DNA of 35,444 nucleotides from positions 1-35,444 of the IMG/VR virus record IMGVR_UViG_3300022695_000041; one strand, 5' to 3'. Origin of the DNA: a virus. Its lineage: Duplodnaviria; Caudoviricetes. The translations under genes were made by a program, and so were the position numbers. Shown here one piece after another: positions 8,658-16,687 of this stretch; position 1 is the stretch's first letter; each line of letters opens with the position of its first letter. The notes below the pieces were generated by a model. The model was not told where the DNA came from. It was given only the letters and a program-made list of their open reading frames with translations, and ran no database searches.

Positions 8658-8754
8658 ACAAGAATATAATAGACGCACATCCTATGCAGATGAGGCGGGG
8701 CTTGATCTCCCCGCCGAGCATAGAGATGAAATTACCTGCATAGGAGACATCATG
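8643..8754 (+). promoter_or_regulatory. HNH-associated promoter plus structured leader, copy 2
   Basis: TTGACG-16-TATAAT-6-ACATCCTATGCAGATGAGGCGGGGCTTGATCTCCCCGCCGAGCATAGAGATGAAATTACCTGCATAGGAGACATC-ATG. Confidence 0.8.
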
Positions 8755-9396
8755 GTGAACTTCCCAACAAAAAAAACAAAAACATGGATGATAAATAGGC
8801 GTACACACATATTCGGAATTGGTATAAACGATGCAGACTATGTAACAGAGATAAAGATAGATGGAAGGCGCATTAAGTGTCCATTCTCTGTTGTATGGAA
8901 AAATATGATAATGAGATGTTATTGCGACAAATATCAGAAGATGAATACAACGTATATCGGATGCACGGTTTGTGAAGAATGGCTATTGTTCAGCAATTTC
9001 AAAGCGTGGATGGAACAACAAGATTGGATAGGTAAAGAACTTGACAAAGACATTATCAAATTCGGCAACAAAGTTTATTCACCAGAGACTTGTTGTTTTA
9101 TATCTACAAAAATAAATTGTTTTTTGTTGGATAGTGCAAAGAACAGGGGCAGTTACCCTATAGGGGTAAGCTGGCATAAGGGCGCTAATAAATTCAGATC
9201 GTATTGCAAGAATAATGGTAAAGTTGAATGTCTTGGTAATTATTTGACAGCAGATGAAGCAAGCGCAGCTTACTATAAACGCAAAAATGAAATAATTTAT
9301 GAAATAGCAATGCAACAAACAGATTTACGAGTAAGGAATGGTTTGCTATATCGTATAAGTAAACCTTATGCAAAAGCCCGCAACCATAACATATAA
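8752..9396 (+). CDS. HNH-like homing endonuclease 2 with AP2-like C-terminal domain
   Basis: GIGIND, VWKNMIMRCY, VCEEWLLFSNFKAW, ELDKDI...YSPETCCF, GVSWHK...LGNY...EA; visibly AT-rich. Confidence 0.8.
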   Translation: MVNFPTKKTKTWMINRRTHIFGIGINDADYVTEIKIDGRRIKCPFSVVWKNMIMRCYCDKYQKMNTTYIGCTVCEEWLLFSNFKAWMEQQDWIGKELDKDIIKFGNKVYSPETCCFISTKINCFLLDSAKNRGSYPIGVSWHKGANKFRSYCKNNGKVECLGNYLTADEASAAYYKRKNEIIYEIAMQQTDLRVRNGLLYRISKPYAKARNHNI

Positions 9397-9446
9397 CTAT
9401 TATACATTACCGGCAGGGTGATGATAATTGCGGCAAGAGGTGACAA

Positions 9447-9686
9447 ATGAATCTTGAAAGCGTAAGATATAAACGATGCACAGAGTGCGGCAGATTTCAT
9501 CCAATGGCGCATATTGTGCCAAACATTATTGTGGAGCGGAAGGATTACATAGCTGACAATTACAAGGCACACAAAAACAAACGCTGCTCCCCCTGCATCC
9601 GGGCAGAGATAGAACGACTCAAGACAAATGGCAGCCGTGAGGCGATGACTCGCATGTGTAAATTACAAAAGCAGGTGACGGCATGA
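9447..9686 (+). CDS. Cys-motif hypothetical protein
   Basis: CTEC...CSPC; SD GAGGT. Confidence 0.65.
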   Translation: MNLESVRYKRCTECGRFHPMAHIVPNIIVERKDYIADNYKAHKNKRCSPCIRAEIERLKTNGSREAMTRMCKLQKQVTA

Positions 9687-9928
9687 AAGGCTGGAATCAA
9701 CGCAACCCCGCAGGCTGGGAACTTATGCTTGATATGCCGGCCGCTGGCGAACGACTGGTTGATATTGCAAAAGCAACCGGAATACCGAGGCCGACTATCA
9801 ACACCCGCCTGATTCGCTATGGCAGATATTCGCGGGAGATTAAGGATACGCTGCCGCGCCCGTCCGAACCAACCTTTTGGCATGATGACAATGCGACAGT
9901 TAATCCGGCGTTGAGGTTGTTTGCATGA
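9683..9928 (+). CDS. HTH-like hypothetical protein
   Basis: LVDIAKATGIPRPTINTRL; ATGA overlaps. Confidence 0.65.
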   Translation: MKGWNQRNPAGWELMLDMPAAGERLVDIAKATGIPRPTINTRLIRYGRYSREIKDTLPRPSEPTFWHDDNATVNPALRLFA

Positions 9929-10632
9929 GTATCGAGTTGATTCAAGGTGATTGTATGGATTACTTACGCGATCTGCCGGACAATGCCTTTGAACTGGCGA
10001 TTGTTGATCCGCCTTATGGGATAGGATTCGATGGTCATGATCAAATAACATCTAACAAAGGTAAAGGTAGAACATTCAAAAAAATAAAACTATATGCAAA
10101 AAAAGATTGGGATTTTTCAATTCCAAGCAACTTTTATTTTGAGCAATTAAGAAGGAGTAGCGTTAATCAAATAATATGGGGCGGGAACTATTTTACCAAT
10201 TACCTAACACAAACAAAGTCTTGGATATTCTGGGATAAAGTTCCGAATACAAATAACCTTACATTTTCAGATGGCGAATTAGCTTGGACAAGCACAAAAA
10301 CACCTACCAGAATGGTAAGTATTCCGTGGATTGGTTTTGGCATGCTGAACGGGGGGGAAAGAAAACAGCATCCCACTCAAAAACCAGTCAAGTTATATGA
10401 ATGGCTCCTAACCAACTACGCCAAGCCGGGAGATAGGATTCTGGACACTCACCTCGGCAGCGGCTCCAGCGCCATAGCATGCCACAACCTCGGTTTTAAT
10501 TTTGTCGGAATGGAGCTTGATAAAGACTATTACGAAGCTGCCTGTAAGCGGCTTGAGAACCACCAGAAGCAGCCACGAATGTTCGATATGCCGCTGGAGC
10601 AGAAAACAGCCGAACAGGGGGCATTGCTATGA
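9925..10632 (+). CDS. beta-class N6-adenine/N4-cytosine DNA methyltransferase
   Basis: GDCM...VDPPY precedes HPTQKP and ILDTHLGSGSS. Confidence 0.92.
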   Translation: MSIELIQGDCMDYLRDLPDNAFELAIVDPPYGIGFDGHDQITSNKGKGRTFKKIKLYAKKDWDFSIPSNFYFEQLRRSSVNQIIWGGNYFTNYLTQTKSWIFWDKVPNTNNLTFSDGELAWTSTKTPTRMVSIPWIGFGMLNGGERKQHPTQKPVKLYEWLLTNYAKPGDRILDTHLGSGSSAIACHNLGFNFVGMELDKDYYEAACKRLENHQKQPRMFDMPLEQKTAEQGALL

Positions 10633-10769
10633 CCCGCGCTCAATATCTGCCAACCCTGCTAATCTGCATCAACATAGCCAGCGCCGGAATGTACGCTATG
10701 GATGGTGACGTAAGACATACATTTTATTGGATAAGCGCCGGAATTTTAACAGCGTGCGTTTCGTACTAA
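10629..10769 (+). CDS. 46-aa two-TM phage protein (not in track)
   Basis: MTRAQYLPTLLICINIASAGMYAMDGDVRHTFYWISAGILTACVSY; ATGA and TAATG overlaps. Confidence 0.65.
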   Translation: MTRAQYLPTLLICINIASAGMYAMDGDVRHTFYWISAGILTACVSY

Positions 10770-11002
10770 TGAGCATGCCACTGAAAATACTCCGATTGTG
10801 CGCTTTCCGCTACGCTATGGGCCGCAAAACGATGCTCGTACTGGACGTGATAGAGGAAATATCGGAACACTGGAGCGAGATGGAAGGCTTCCAGAAGCAA
10901 ATACAGGATGATATAAAGCATGCTATATATCACGGCATCATCGGTGATTCAAGGGACGTGAAGGCATGGGAAAAGATATTGAAACTGGAGGTTACGGAAT
11001 GA
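10769..11002 (+). CDS. hypothetical protein (AFRYAMGR motif)
   Basis: In-frame ATG at 10769 coupled to the previous stop. Confidence 0.7.
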   Translation: MSMPLKILRLCAFRYAMGRKTMLVLDVIEEISEHWSEMEGFQKQIQDDIKHAIYHGIIGDSRDVKAWEKILKLEVTE

Positions 11003-11169
11003 GCGTTTACATATGCCTTGATTGTGGCAAAGAAACGCCGAATATGAACAGCATCTGCCAAGTATGCATGGGTAAGCTGCAAAAGCAGGGCGAAAAGGCG
11101 CGTCAGGCGGCACAGAATCGATCAGGACGCGAGGAAAGGGAAAATATGGGTAAGGGTAGCCAGAAATGA
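10999..11169 (+). CDS. small Zn-ribbon protein
   Basis: CLDC...CQVC; SD GGAGGT; ATGA overlaps. Confidence 0.65.
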   Translation: MSVYICLDCGKETPNMNSICQVCMGKLQKQGEKARQAAQNRSGREERENMGKGSQK

Positions 11170-11672
11170 ATATAAGCCGCGTATGGGCGATGCCGAACAA
11201 AAATACTTTCAGCATAAAGCCAATAGCAGAATTGATAGCCAGAAACTTATCAGGATATTCAATCGACCCATTTGCAAACAACAATAGACTCGCAACAGTA
11301 ACGAATGATCTGAACCCTGATTACGAAGCTGATGATGCAATGGATGCGCTTGATTTTCTAAAGATATTCGCAGATGAATCAGTGGATACAGTTTTGTTTG
11401 ACCCGCCATACTCACCAAGGCAAGTGAGCGAGTGTTACAGAAGCCTAAAAATGGCCGTGAATATGCAGACGACACAAGCAACCTTTTGGAGTAATATGAA
11501 GGCTGAGATAGCCAGAATAACAAAGCCGGGCGGAAAAGTTATAACGTGCGGATGGAATAGCGGTGGCATTGGATTGAAATATGATTTTGAGCAGGTGGAG
11601 ATATTACTTGTCCCACATGGTGGATGGCACAATGACACGATAGTTACGGTTGAACAAAAGGCTATTTTATGA
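11166..11672 (+). CDS. short phage DNA adenine methyltransferase-like protein
   Basis: IDPFAN (motif I-like), FDPPYS (motif IV), ARITKPGG. Confidence 0.8.
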   Translation: MNISRVWAMPNKNTFSIKPIAELIARNLSGYSIDPFANNNRLATVTNDLNPDYEADDAMDALDFLKIFADESVDTVLFDPPYSPRQVSECYRSLKMAVNMQTTQATFWSNMKAEIARITKPGGKVITCGWNSGGIGLKYDFEQVEILLVPHGGWHNDTIVTVEQKAIL

Positions 11673-11697
11673 GTAAACCAACAAAGCAGGAGCGACG

Positions 11698-11982
11698 ATG
11701 ACAGCAAGTAAAAACAAGCGAGCGCCCACGAAAGCAGAGCGCGAACATATCCAGAGGGTGAAGTCTCTGCCTTGTTCGATATGCGACTGTCTTGGCCCAA
11801 GCGAGGCCCACGAACAAAAGCAAGGCCAGTGGTTCACGGCAGTAGCTTTATGCTGCGAGTGTCATCGTGATAACATAATGGGATGGCACGGACAGCGACG
11901 CGCATGGAAAATACGGAAAATGGATATGGACGACGCCCTCGATAAAACGCTGAGGCGGGCGTTCGAGTTGGCTGAACTGTGA
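11698..11982 (+). CDS. Ref/DUF968-like Zn-binding nuclease
   Basis: LPCSIC...EAH...ALCCECHR...GWHG; located in the nin region. Confidence 0.7.
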   Translation: MTASKNKRAPTKAEREHIQRVKSLPCSICDCLGPSEAHEQKQGQWFTAVALCCECHRDNIMGWHGQRRAWKIRKMDMDDALDKTLRRAFELAEL

Positions 11983-12362
11983 TTAAAAGATTCACGCTCA
12001 CAGCCGAAAACAAAGAGCAGGTTATCCCGCTAATCGGCCAATATCTCCGCAACCTGGATTGCACCAAGCCTCAGAGCGTGGTAATATCGGACAACAAAGA
12101 GACACGCCGAAGCCAGCAGAACAGGCTTTATTGGAAATGGGTTAGTATCATTGGCAATGAACTTGGCTACGAACGGCAGGAAATGCACGACACGCTTGTT
12201 TTCCGGCTATTGGGTATGGTGGATAAGGTAATACTCGGAAAGCCCGTCTGTATGCTTGCCAGCACCCATGATATGAGCGTTGCGGATTTCAGTGACTACA
12301 TGGAGCGCGTATCAAGATTTGCGGCAGAAATGAATATCAAGCTACCAGCGGAGGATATATGA
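11979..12362 (+). CDS. NinB/Orf-like recombination protein
   Basis: TRRSQQNRLYWKW...STHDMSVADFSDYME...I.LP. Confidence 0.8.
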   Translation: MIKRFTLTAENKEQVIPLIGQYLRNLDCTKPQSVVISDNKETRRSQQNRLYWKWVSIIGNELGYERQEMHDTLVFRLLGMVDKVILGKPVCMLASTHDMSVADFSDYMERVSRFAAEMNIKLPAEDI

Positions 12363-12538
12363 ATAATCTAGTCACAGCACTGAGCGACTACACAGACCCG
12401 ATGGAGGGCTTTGAAATCTTGAATTGTGCGGTAATCAAAGCGGCGATAATGTGGAACCGTGATCGAACAATGCATTCGGAAGAACTGCTGAAAGTAGCAG
12501 TTGAGGAACTGGAAGAATACCGGCGGCAAGTCGGATGA
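12359..12538 (+). CDS. 59-aa hypothetical protein (not in track)
   Basis: Hand translation MNNLVTALSD...RRQVG; SD GGAGG; ATGA overlaps. Confidence 0.6.
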   Translation: MNNLVTALSDYTDPMEGFEILNCAVIKAAIMWNRDRTMHSEELLKVAVEELEEYRRQVG

Positions 12539-12708
12539 TGTACTGTATCCACGGGCGCAGTGAAAAACAGAAATGTAAGCTGTGCTTTTGTCGCTCGAAG
12601 TGTTGCGATGCTGATGTAAAATATTTCAAAAACGGCTTTAAGCCGTCACCGATAGTTTGTGAAAAATGCGGCAAGGTTTGCGAGGTGCATGATGTTCGCT
12701 ATGACTGA
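12535..12708 (+). CDS. 57-aa Cys-rich hypothetical protein (not in track)
   Basis: CIH...CKLC...SKCC...CEKCGKVC. Confidence 0.55.
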   Translation: MMYCIHGRSEKQKCKLCFCRSKCCDADVKYFKNGFKPSPIVCEKCGKVCEVHDVRYD

Positions 12709-12925
12709 ATCAGCCGAAAAATGCCGGAAAGCACGAAAAGCCCGCGAGGAGTCAAAGCGGAAGTCTCGGATATGGTGGAGAAAGCAACGTGAAAAGCACT
12801 GAATACGTTTATGCAGGTTATTGCCAACACTGCCGGAAATACTACGACACATGGGCAGCGTACAAAGTTTCCAAGTGCGGGCGCTGGTGGGGTGATGCCC
12901 TGGACGATACGGGTAATTGTAGGAC

Positions 12926-13030
12926 TTGCAATAAAAAATCAGCGTGATAATATATGCAAACATCCAGTCGATGAGGCAGGCGGGTTGCTCCCCTGCCGTC
13001 TGGATGAAATTACCGACTGGAGCGTTTATG
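12926..13030 (+). promoter_or_regulatory. HNH-associated promoter plus structured leader, copy 3
   Basis: TTGCAA-16-TAATAT-6-ACATCCAGTCGATGAGGCAGGCGGGTTGCTCCCCTGCCGTCTGGATGAAATTACCGACTGGAGCGTTT-ATG. Confidence 0.8.
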
Positions 13031-13525
13031 CTTACTCAAGAATATGTAAAAAAGATATTTGATTATGACACAGAGTCCGGAATCTTAACGAATAAAATAT
13101 ATAGGAGTTCTAATTCTCCGGCAGGCTCAAGAGCCGGAGCATTCGATCACTATGGATATAGGCAGCTGACCGTCAAGGGTAGAAACTACAAGGAACACAG
13201 AATAATCTATTTATGGATGACTGGGGCAATGCCTGTTCATGGGATAGATCACATAAATGGTATCAAAGATGACAATAGATGGATAAACCTACGCGACGCG
13301 ACAACATCAGAAAACATGAGAAATAGAAAGATGTCAAGTAACAACACAAGCGGTTTTACTGGCGTAGTGTGGTTCAAGCCAATAAAGAAATGGTTTGCAA
13401 GTGTTGAAATGCTAGGGAAGAAGCATTCATTAGGGTACTTTGATGATATAAATGAAGCGGCTAAAGTCGTCCATGTTTTTAAAATGAAGAATGGTTTTAC
13501 GGCGAGGCACGGCATTGAAAAGTAG
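13028..13525 (+). CDS. HNH-AP2 homing endonuclease 3
   Basis: MLTQEYVKKIFDYD..., EHRII, IDHINGIKDDNRWINLR, NNTSGFTGVVW...LGYF. Start moved to ATG 13028 (SD GGAG). Confidence 0.92.
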   Translation: MLTQEYVKKIFDYDTESGILTNKIYRSSNSPAGSRAGAFDHYGYRQLTVKGRNYKEHRIIYLWMTGAMPVHGIDHINGIKDDNRWINLRDATTSENMRNRKMSSNNTSGFTGVVWFKPIKKWFASVEMLGKKHSLGYFDDINEAAKVVHVFKMKNGFTARHGIEK

Positions 13526-13883
13526 AATAATTATGGTTAATTATATTGCGCCAAGTTTGAATACCATATATGCGAACTGCCACTGGACAAAGCGCAAGCG
13601 GCACGCTGATGACGCTCACTTAGCCGTAAAGATAGCCTGCAAGGGGCTTAGGATCGCCGTCAGCGCCGTTTCGCTAGAATTCCAGCCGATGATACGCGGA
13701 AGGTGTTATGACGTTTCAAATTACGCATACTGCATTAAGCTTATCGAAGATGGATTAGTCCGTGCCGGAGTGTTGAAGGACGACACCAACAAATGGGTGA
13801 AGCGCATCATTATCAATGCGCCGCTGAAGGTAGCAAAGCCGGAAACCAGCTACATGCTTGTGACGATTACGGAGCTGGAATAA
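13515..13883 (+). CDS. RusA-like Holliday junction resolvase
   Basis: PSLN...DVSNY...KLIEDGL..AGVLKDD. Start uncertain (TTG 13515 or ATG 13533). Confidence 0.8.
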   Translation: MKSRIIMVNYIAPSLNTIYANCHWTKRKRHADDAHLAVKIACKGLRIAVSAVSLEFQPMIRGRCYDVSNYAYCIKLIEDGLVRAGVLKDDTNKWVKRIIINAPLKVAKPETSYMLVTITELE

Positions 13884-13913
13884 AAAAGCGGCCCATTGCG
13901 GAGCCGCTCTTTT
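13882..13913. terminator. bidirectional intrinsic terminator between convergent operons
   Basis: AAAAAA-GCGGC-CCATTGCGGA-GCCGC-TCTTTT. Confidence 0.75.
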
Positions 13914-13922
13914 CGTGTATAA

Positions 13923-14138
13923 TTATGGTTCGATCTTTACATCTGCAAGCTTACCCTCAGCAACTATGGCTCCTTTGGCTACATTTGAACCGAATGGCCC
14001 CATTTGCCTTATATCGTAATTATAGCCCCCAAAAATGCGCTCAAGCTCTTCTAACGCGTTGATGCGGTCAACATGGTCGGACAGGTTTTTATACTCAATC
14101 TTTACTAGCAGCATTTTAGTCTTGCTAATGACTTTCAT
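13923..14138 (-). CDS. hypothetical protein
   Basis: In-frame ATG at 14138 overlaps the previous stop. Confidence 0.65.
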   Translation of the reverse strand: MKVISKTKMLLVKIEYKNLSDHVDRINALEELERIFGGYNYDIRQMGPFGSNVAKGAIVAEGKLADVKIEP

Positions 14139-14362
14139 TGCACTGTGATTCTGCAATAATCAATGCAAACAAACTTGCGACCGGATGCCATGTAAAGCGA
14201 TTTGCTGGAAGCTTTGAACAATTCATATCCAGCCTTGCGCCACTTATTCAATGCTTTGAGATTGACCTTTGTGGTGTGCGTATGCGTAGAGATAAAAACA
14301 GTCCGACCGGATTCTAGCGCATCCATTATGCCTGATAATTTTTCAGATGGTGTCATTTTCAT
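14135..14362 (-). CDS. hypothetical protein
   Basis: 75 aa; SD AGGAGGT. Confidence 0.75.
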   Translation of the reverse strand: MKMTPSEKLSGIMDALESGRTVFISTHTHTTKVNLKALNKWRKAGYELFKASSKSLYMASGRKFVCIDYCRITVQ

Positions 14363-14369
14363 TACCTCC

Positions 14370-14621
14370 TTATTTTAGGGCGGACAATATAAGCGCCGCC
14401 GCATCTTCAACTGACACCTTCCGACATTCGATAGCAAGCCATTTCGCCGCTATTGGTGCGCACGCTTTGGTCTGTTTTTTATTCATGGCATTGACTCCGC
14501 AGTCATAGCGTGATAATTGACTCTGCGGCATCGACCTGCCGCCTGTTTGTTCTGCAAGCCATTGTGCAAAGCTGGACTGGTTCATGCCGAGCGCGGTTCG
14601 GGTTGTTCGTGAAAGGCTCAT
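14370..14621 (-). CDS. XRE-like HTH protein
   Basis: RTALGMNQSSFAQWL...QSQLSRYDCG. Confidence 0.7.
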   Translation of the reverse strand: MSLSRTTRTALGMNQSSFAQWLAEQTGGRSMPQSQLSRYDCGVNAMNKKQTKACAPIAAKWLAIECRKVSVEDAAALILSALK

Positions 14622-14839
14622 GACATTCCCTCAAAATACTGTTTGCCTTCCGGATGGTTGTTTATATGCCATATTGCCTCATCGGCTGATGAAAAATCAC
14701 AAGGAAAAATATGTGAAGTATGAAACCCAAAAGGAAAAACATGAACAAGCCTTTTGCCTACAAGCACAACGCGTGCGGTAATACGATGACCAAAATAGCC
14801 GTCCGGAACTGAGTATGTCCCGATAAATTCGCTTTTCAT
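14618..14839 (-). CDS. hypothetical protein
   Basis: ATG 14839 with SD GGAGGT. Confidence 0.7.
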   Translation of the reverse strand: MKSEFIGTYSVPDGYFGHRITARVVLVGKRLVHVFPFGFHTSHIFPCDFSSADEAIWHINNHPEGKQYFEGMS

Positions 14840-14935
14840 TTCAAAAACCTCCTGTTCCAATTATCCAAGCTGCATAAAGTGCCAGCCAAAAAGTAAAGCA
14901 TGTGGCGAAAACGATGGCGTCCTGTTTGAGCTGTT

Positions 14936-15133
14936 TCATGGCGTCACCGCTAATCCAGTCTCAGCCATTACAGCCGCTAGTCTCCATTCCTCAATAGTTG
15001 CTGACATCGGCGCGTCATCATTCAGCAATTCGTAAAGGTCGAGTCCTAAGAGGCGAATGTGTGTCATGCCATTGATTTGAGCATGCCGTAAATCGTTGGC
15101 TAGATAATTAAGCACATCCTGATTATTTATCAT
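14936..15133 (-). CDS. hypothetical protein
   Basis: 65 aa; SD AAAGGAGGT. Confidence 0.7.
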   Translation of the reverse strand: MINNQDVLNYLANDLRHAQINGMTHIRLLGLDLYELLNDDAPMSATIEEWRLAAVMAETGLAVTP

Positions 15134-15205
15134 CTTTGTTACCTCCTTTTATTCTAGCGCGTAGGCTAGCGAAGGGCGGCCATTGCTGGCGCGCCTATCG
15201 TTAGA

Positions 15206-15361
15206 CTATGCCAAGCCTAAGAATTGCGCCCTGATGCGCTTCACGAGCGGCGCTGTGTCAGGCCATACACGGCTTGAGTATGTAAGCCAGTCATCATAAT
15301 CGACCGAGCGCGGCCATGCGTATCCGGTTTTACGGACAAGTTGTTTTTCTAAGCGGCTCAT
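15206..15361 (-). CDS. 51-aa hypothetical protein (not in track)
   Basis: MSRLEKQLVRK...FLGLA; ATGA overlap. Confidence 0.5.
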   Translation of the reverse strand: MSRLEKQLVRKTGYAWPRSVDYDDWLTYSSRVWPDTAPLVKRIRAQFLGLA

Positions 15362-15621
15362 GATGCACGCTCGACAGCTTGAGCGAATAGCGGGTAATCT
15401 GAAAAGATACGCACGCGCCCCTTGTCGAAATAATCAGTCATCAGATCAGAGTCATCATGGAATTGATTGCCGAAAATCTTGCCAAGCGATTTATCGTAAT
15501 CTTTCGCGTAAAGAGTAACGCAATCGCGCTCATCATTGACTAACTTTTGATGGCTATACCATACGCGTGCTTTGATTTTCGTGGCAGTATCCACAACGTT
15601 ATATTTGTTCAATTTTATCAT
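15358..15621 (-). CDS. hypothetical protein
   Basis: 87 aa; SD GGGAGG. Confidence 0.75.
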   Translation of the reverse strand: MIKLNKYNVVDTATKIKARVWYSHQKLVNDERDCVTLYAKDYDKSLGKIFGNQFHDDSDLMTDYFDKGRVRIFSDYPLFAQAVERAS

Positions 15622-15624
15622 GAT

Positions 15625-15804
15625 TCAAGCCTCCCCTGTGTCGATATATTCGCCAACTTTGTTCCCGTTTATGTCAAACAGATAGAAACTGTCGCCATAG
15701 TCATTTTCAACCTGATTTGACACCACGTCGAGTATGCGTGCTATCTCATACGATTTGTTATCATCAAATGCTGCATTGCTTGTTTCGATTGTAATTGTTA
15801 TCAT
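15625..15804 (-). CDS. 59-aa phage hypothetical protein (not in track)
   Basis: MITITIETSNAAFDD...EIARIL...FDINGNKVG; SD AAAGGGAG. Confidence 0.7.
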   Translation of the reverse strand: MITITIETSNAAFDDNKSYEIARILDVVSNQVENDYGDSFYLFDINGNKVGEYIDTGEA

Positions 15805-15861
15805 AATTAACTCCCTTTTTTAATGCCGGATACCGCCGACTCGGTTTGTTTCCATATGCGA

Positions 15862-15890
15862 ACTATATCACAATACAATATGCTAGTCAA
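15862..15890 (-). promoter_or_regulatory. strong sigma70-like promoter for the leftward cassette
   Basis: TTGACT-17-TATAGT with TGn extended -10. Confidence 0.75.
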
Positions 15891-16117
15891 GGGGTAAAGA
15901 TTACACTATGTGATATGTAGGCAGTGTGAAAAGGCAGAAAAGCAGAAGATGTTGTGGTTGCAATCATGATGGATATCAGATATAGTGTTACAATGGATTT
16001 ATGCAAAAAGAATTGATAATGGAAGTGTAAAGCATAAGTAGGATTGATGAAAGGTTGAAAAGCACAGGATATAGTGGCATTATTGGCAGTCATTACTAGA
16101 TGTAGTGAGGTGAAAAC

Positions 16118-16273
16118 ATGAACTATAACACTGCAAAAGCTCGAAAAGTAGCGCAACATATCGCGCCCAGGGTGTTCGATCAGGCGATTCAAGCAATCAA
16201 ACAGGCAATAAACAATGCATCATTATACAAGCGGATCCTTTGCGCTGGCGCTGTAATTGCAGGGAGGTTTTGA
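16118..16273 (+). CDS. 51-aa hypothetical protein (not in track)
   Basis: SD GAGGTG; ends 3 nt before terS. Confidence 0.55.
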   Translation: MNYNTAKARKVAQHIAPRVFDQAIQAIKQAINNASLYKRILCAGAVIAGRF

Positions 16274-16276
16274 GTT

Positions 16277-16555
16277 ATGGCAGAAACAAAGCGGAAACCA
16301 GGCAGACCAAAAGGAACGCCAACCAGCTTACGCGGCCCAGCAATGGAACAAATGAGAAGTAAAATAAAGACAACCTTAATTCTAAAAGCGCTTAATAATC
16401 ACATAATTGGTGAGAAAGAGCTTTCCAGCACACAAGTCGCAGCAGCAAAAATCCTGTTAGATCGGACACTTCCGCAAATGTCACAGGTAGATTCCAACGT
16501 GAAAACAAGCGGAAATATAACGATTTCTATTGATAGCACAGACAAGAAAAGCTGA
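16277..16555 (+). CDS. putative terminase small subunit
   Basis: RKPGRPKG...QVAAAKILLDRTLP; upstream of TerL; SD GGAGG. Confidence 0.7.
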   Translation: MAETKRKPGRPKGTPTSLRGPAMEQMRSKIKTTLILKALNNHIIGEKELSSTQVAAAKILLDRTLPQMSQVDSNVKTSGNITISIDSTDKKS

Positions 16556-16687
16556 TGAATCTGGCTATGTATTGCTATTCAAACAGCCTCGAAAACGGCT
16601 CAGCGGCGATTCTATGGTGTCAAATGTGGCAATTTACAGCCGACCAGTACAGCAAATCCCGGCAAAAAGCTGCAAAAGGGGTGATTT

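Noticed and set aside
8687-8735. Hammerhead ribozyme in the HNH leaders (CAGAUGA-stem...GAAA)
   Set aside because: The core is CAGAUGA or UCGAUGA rather than CUGANGA, GAAA does not directly follow the hairpin, and there is no stem III/NUH site.
12944-13027. Leader peptide (MKLP) or N-terminal extension as the conserved unit
   Set aside because: It is in frame with the HNH only in copy 3; it stops after 5 codons in copy 2 and is out of frame in copy 1, so conservation is at nucleotide/structure level.
15887-16192. 101-aa minus-strand ORF
   Set aside because: It overlaps a better-supported plus-strand ORF and the promoter region, and has no motif.
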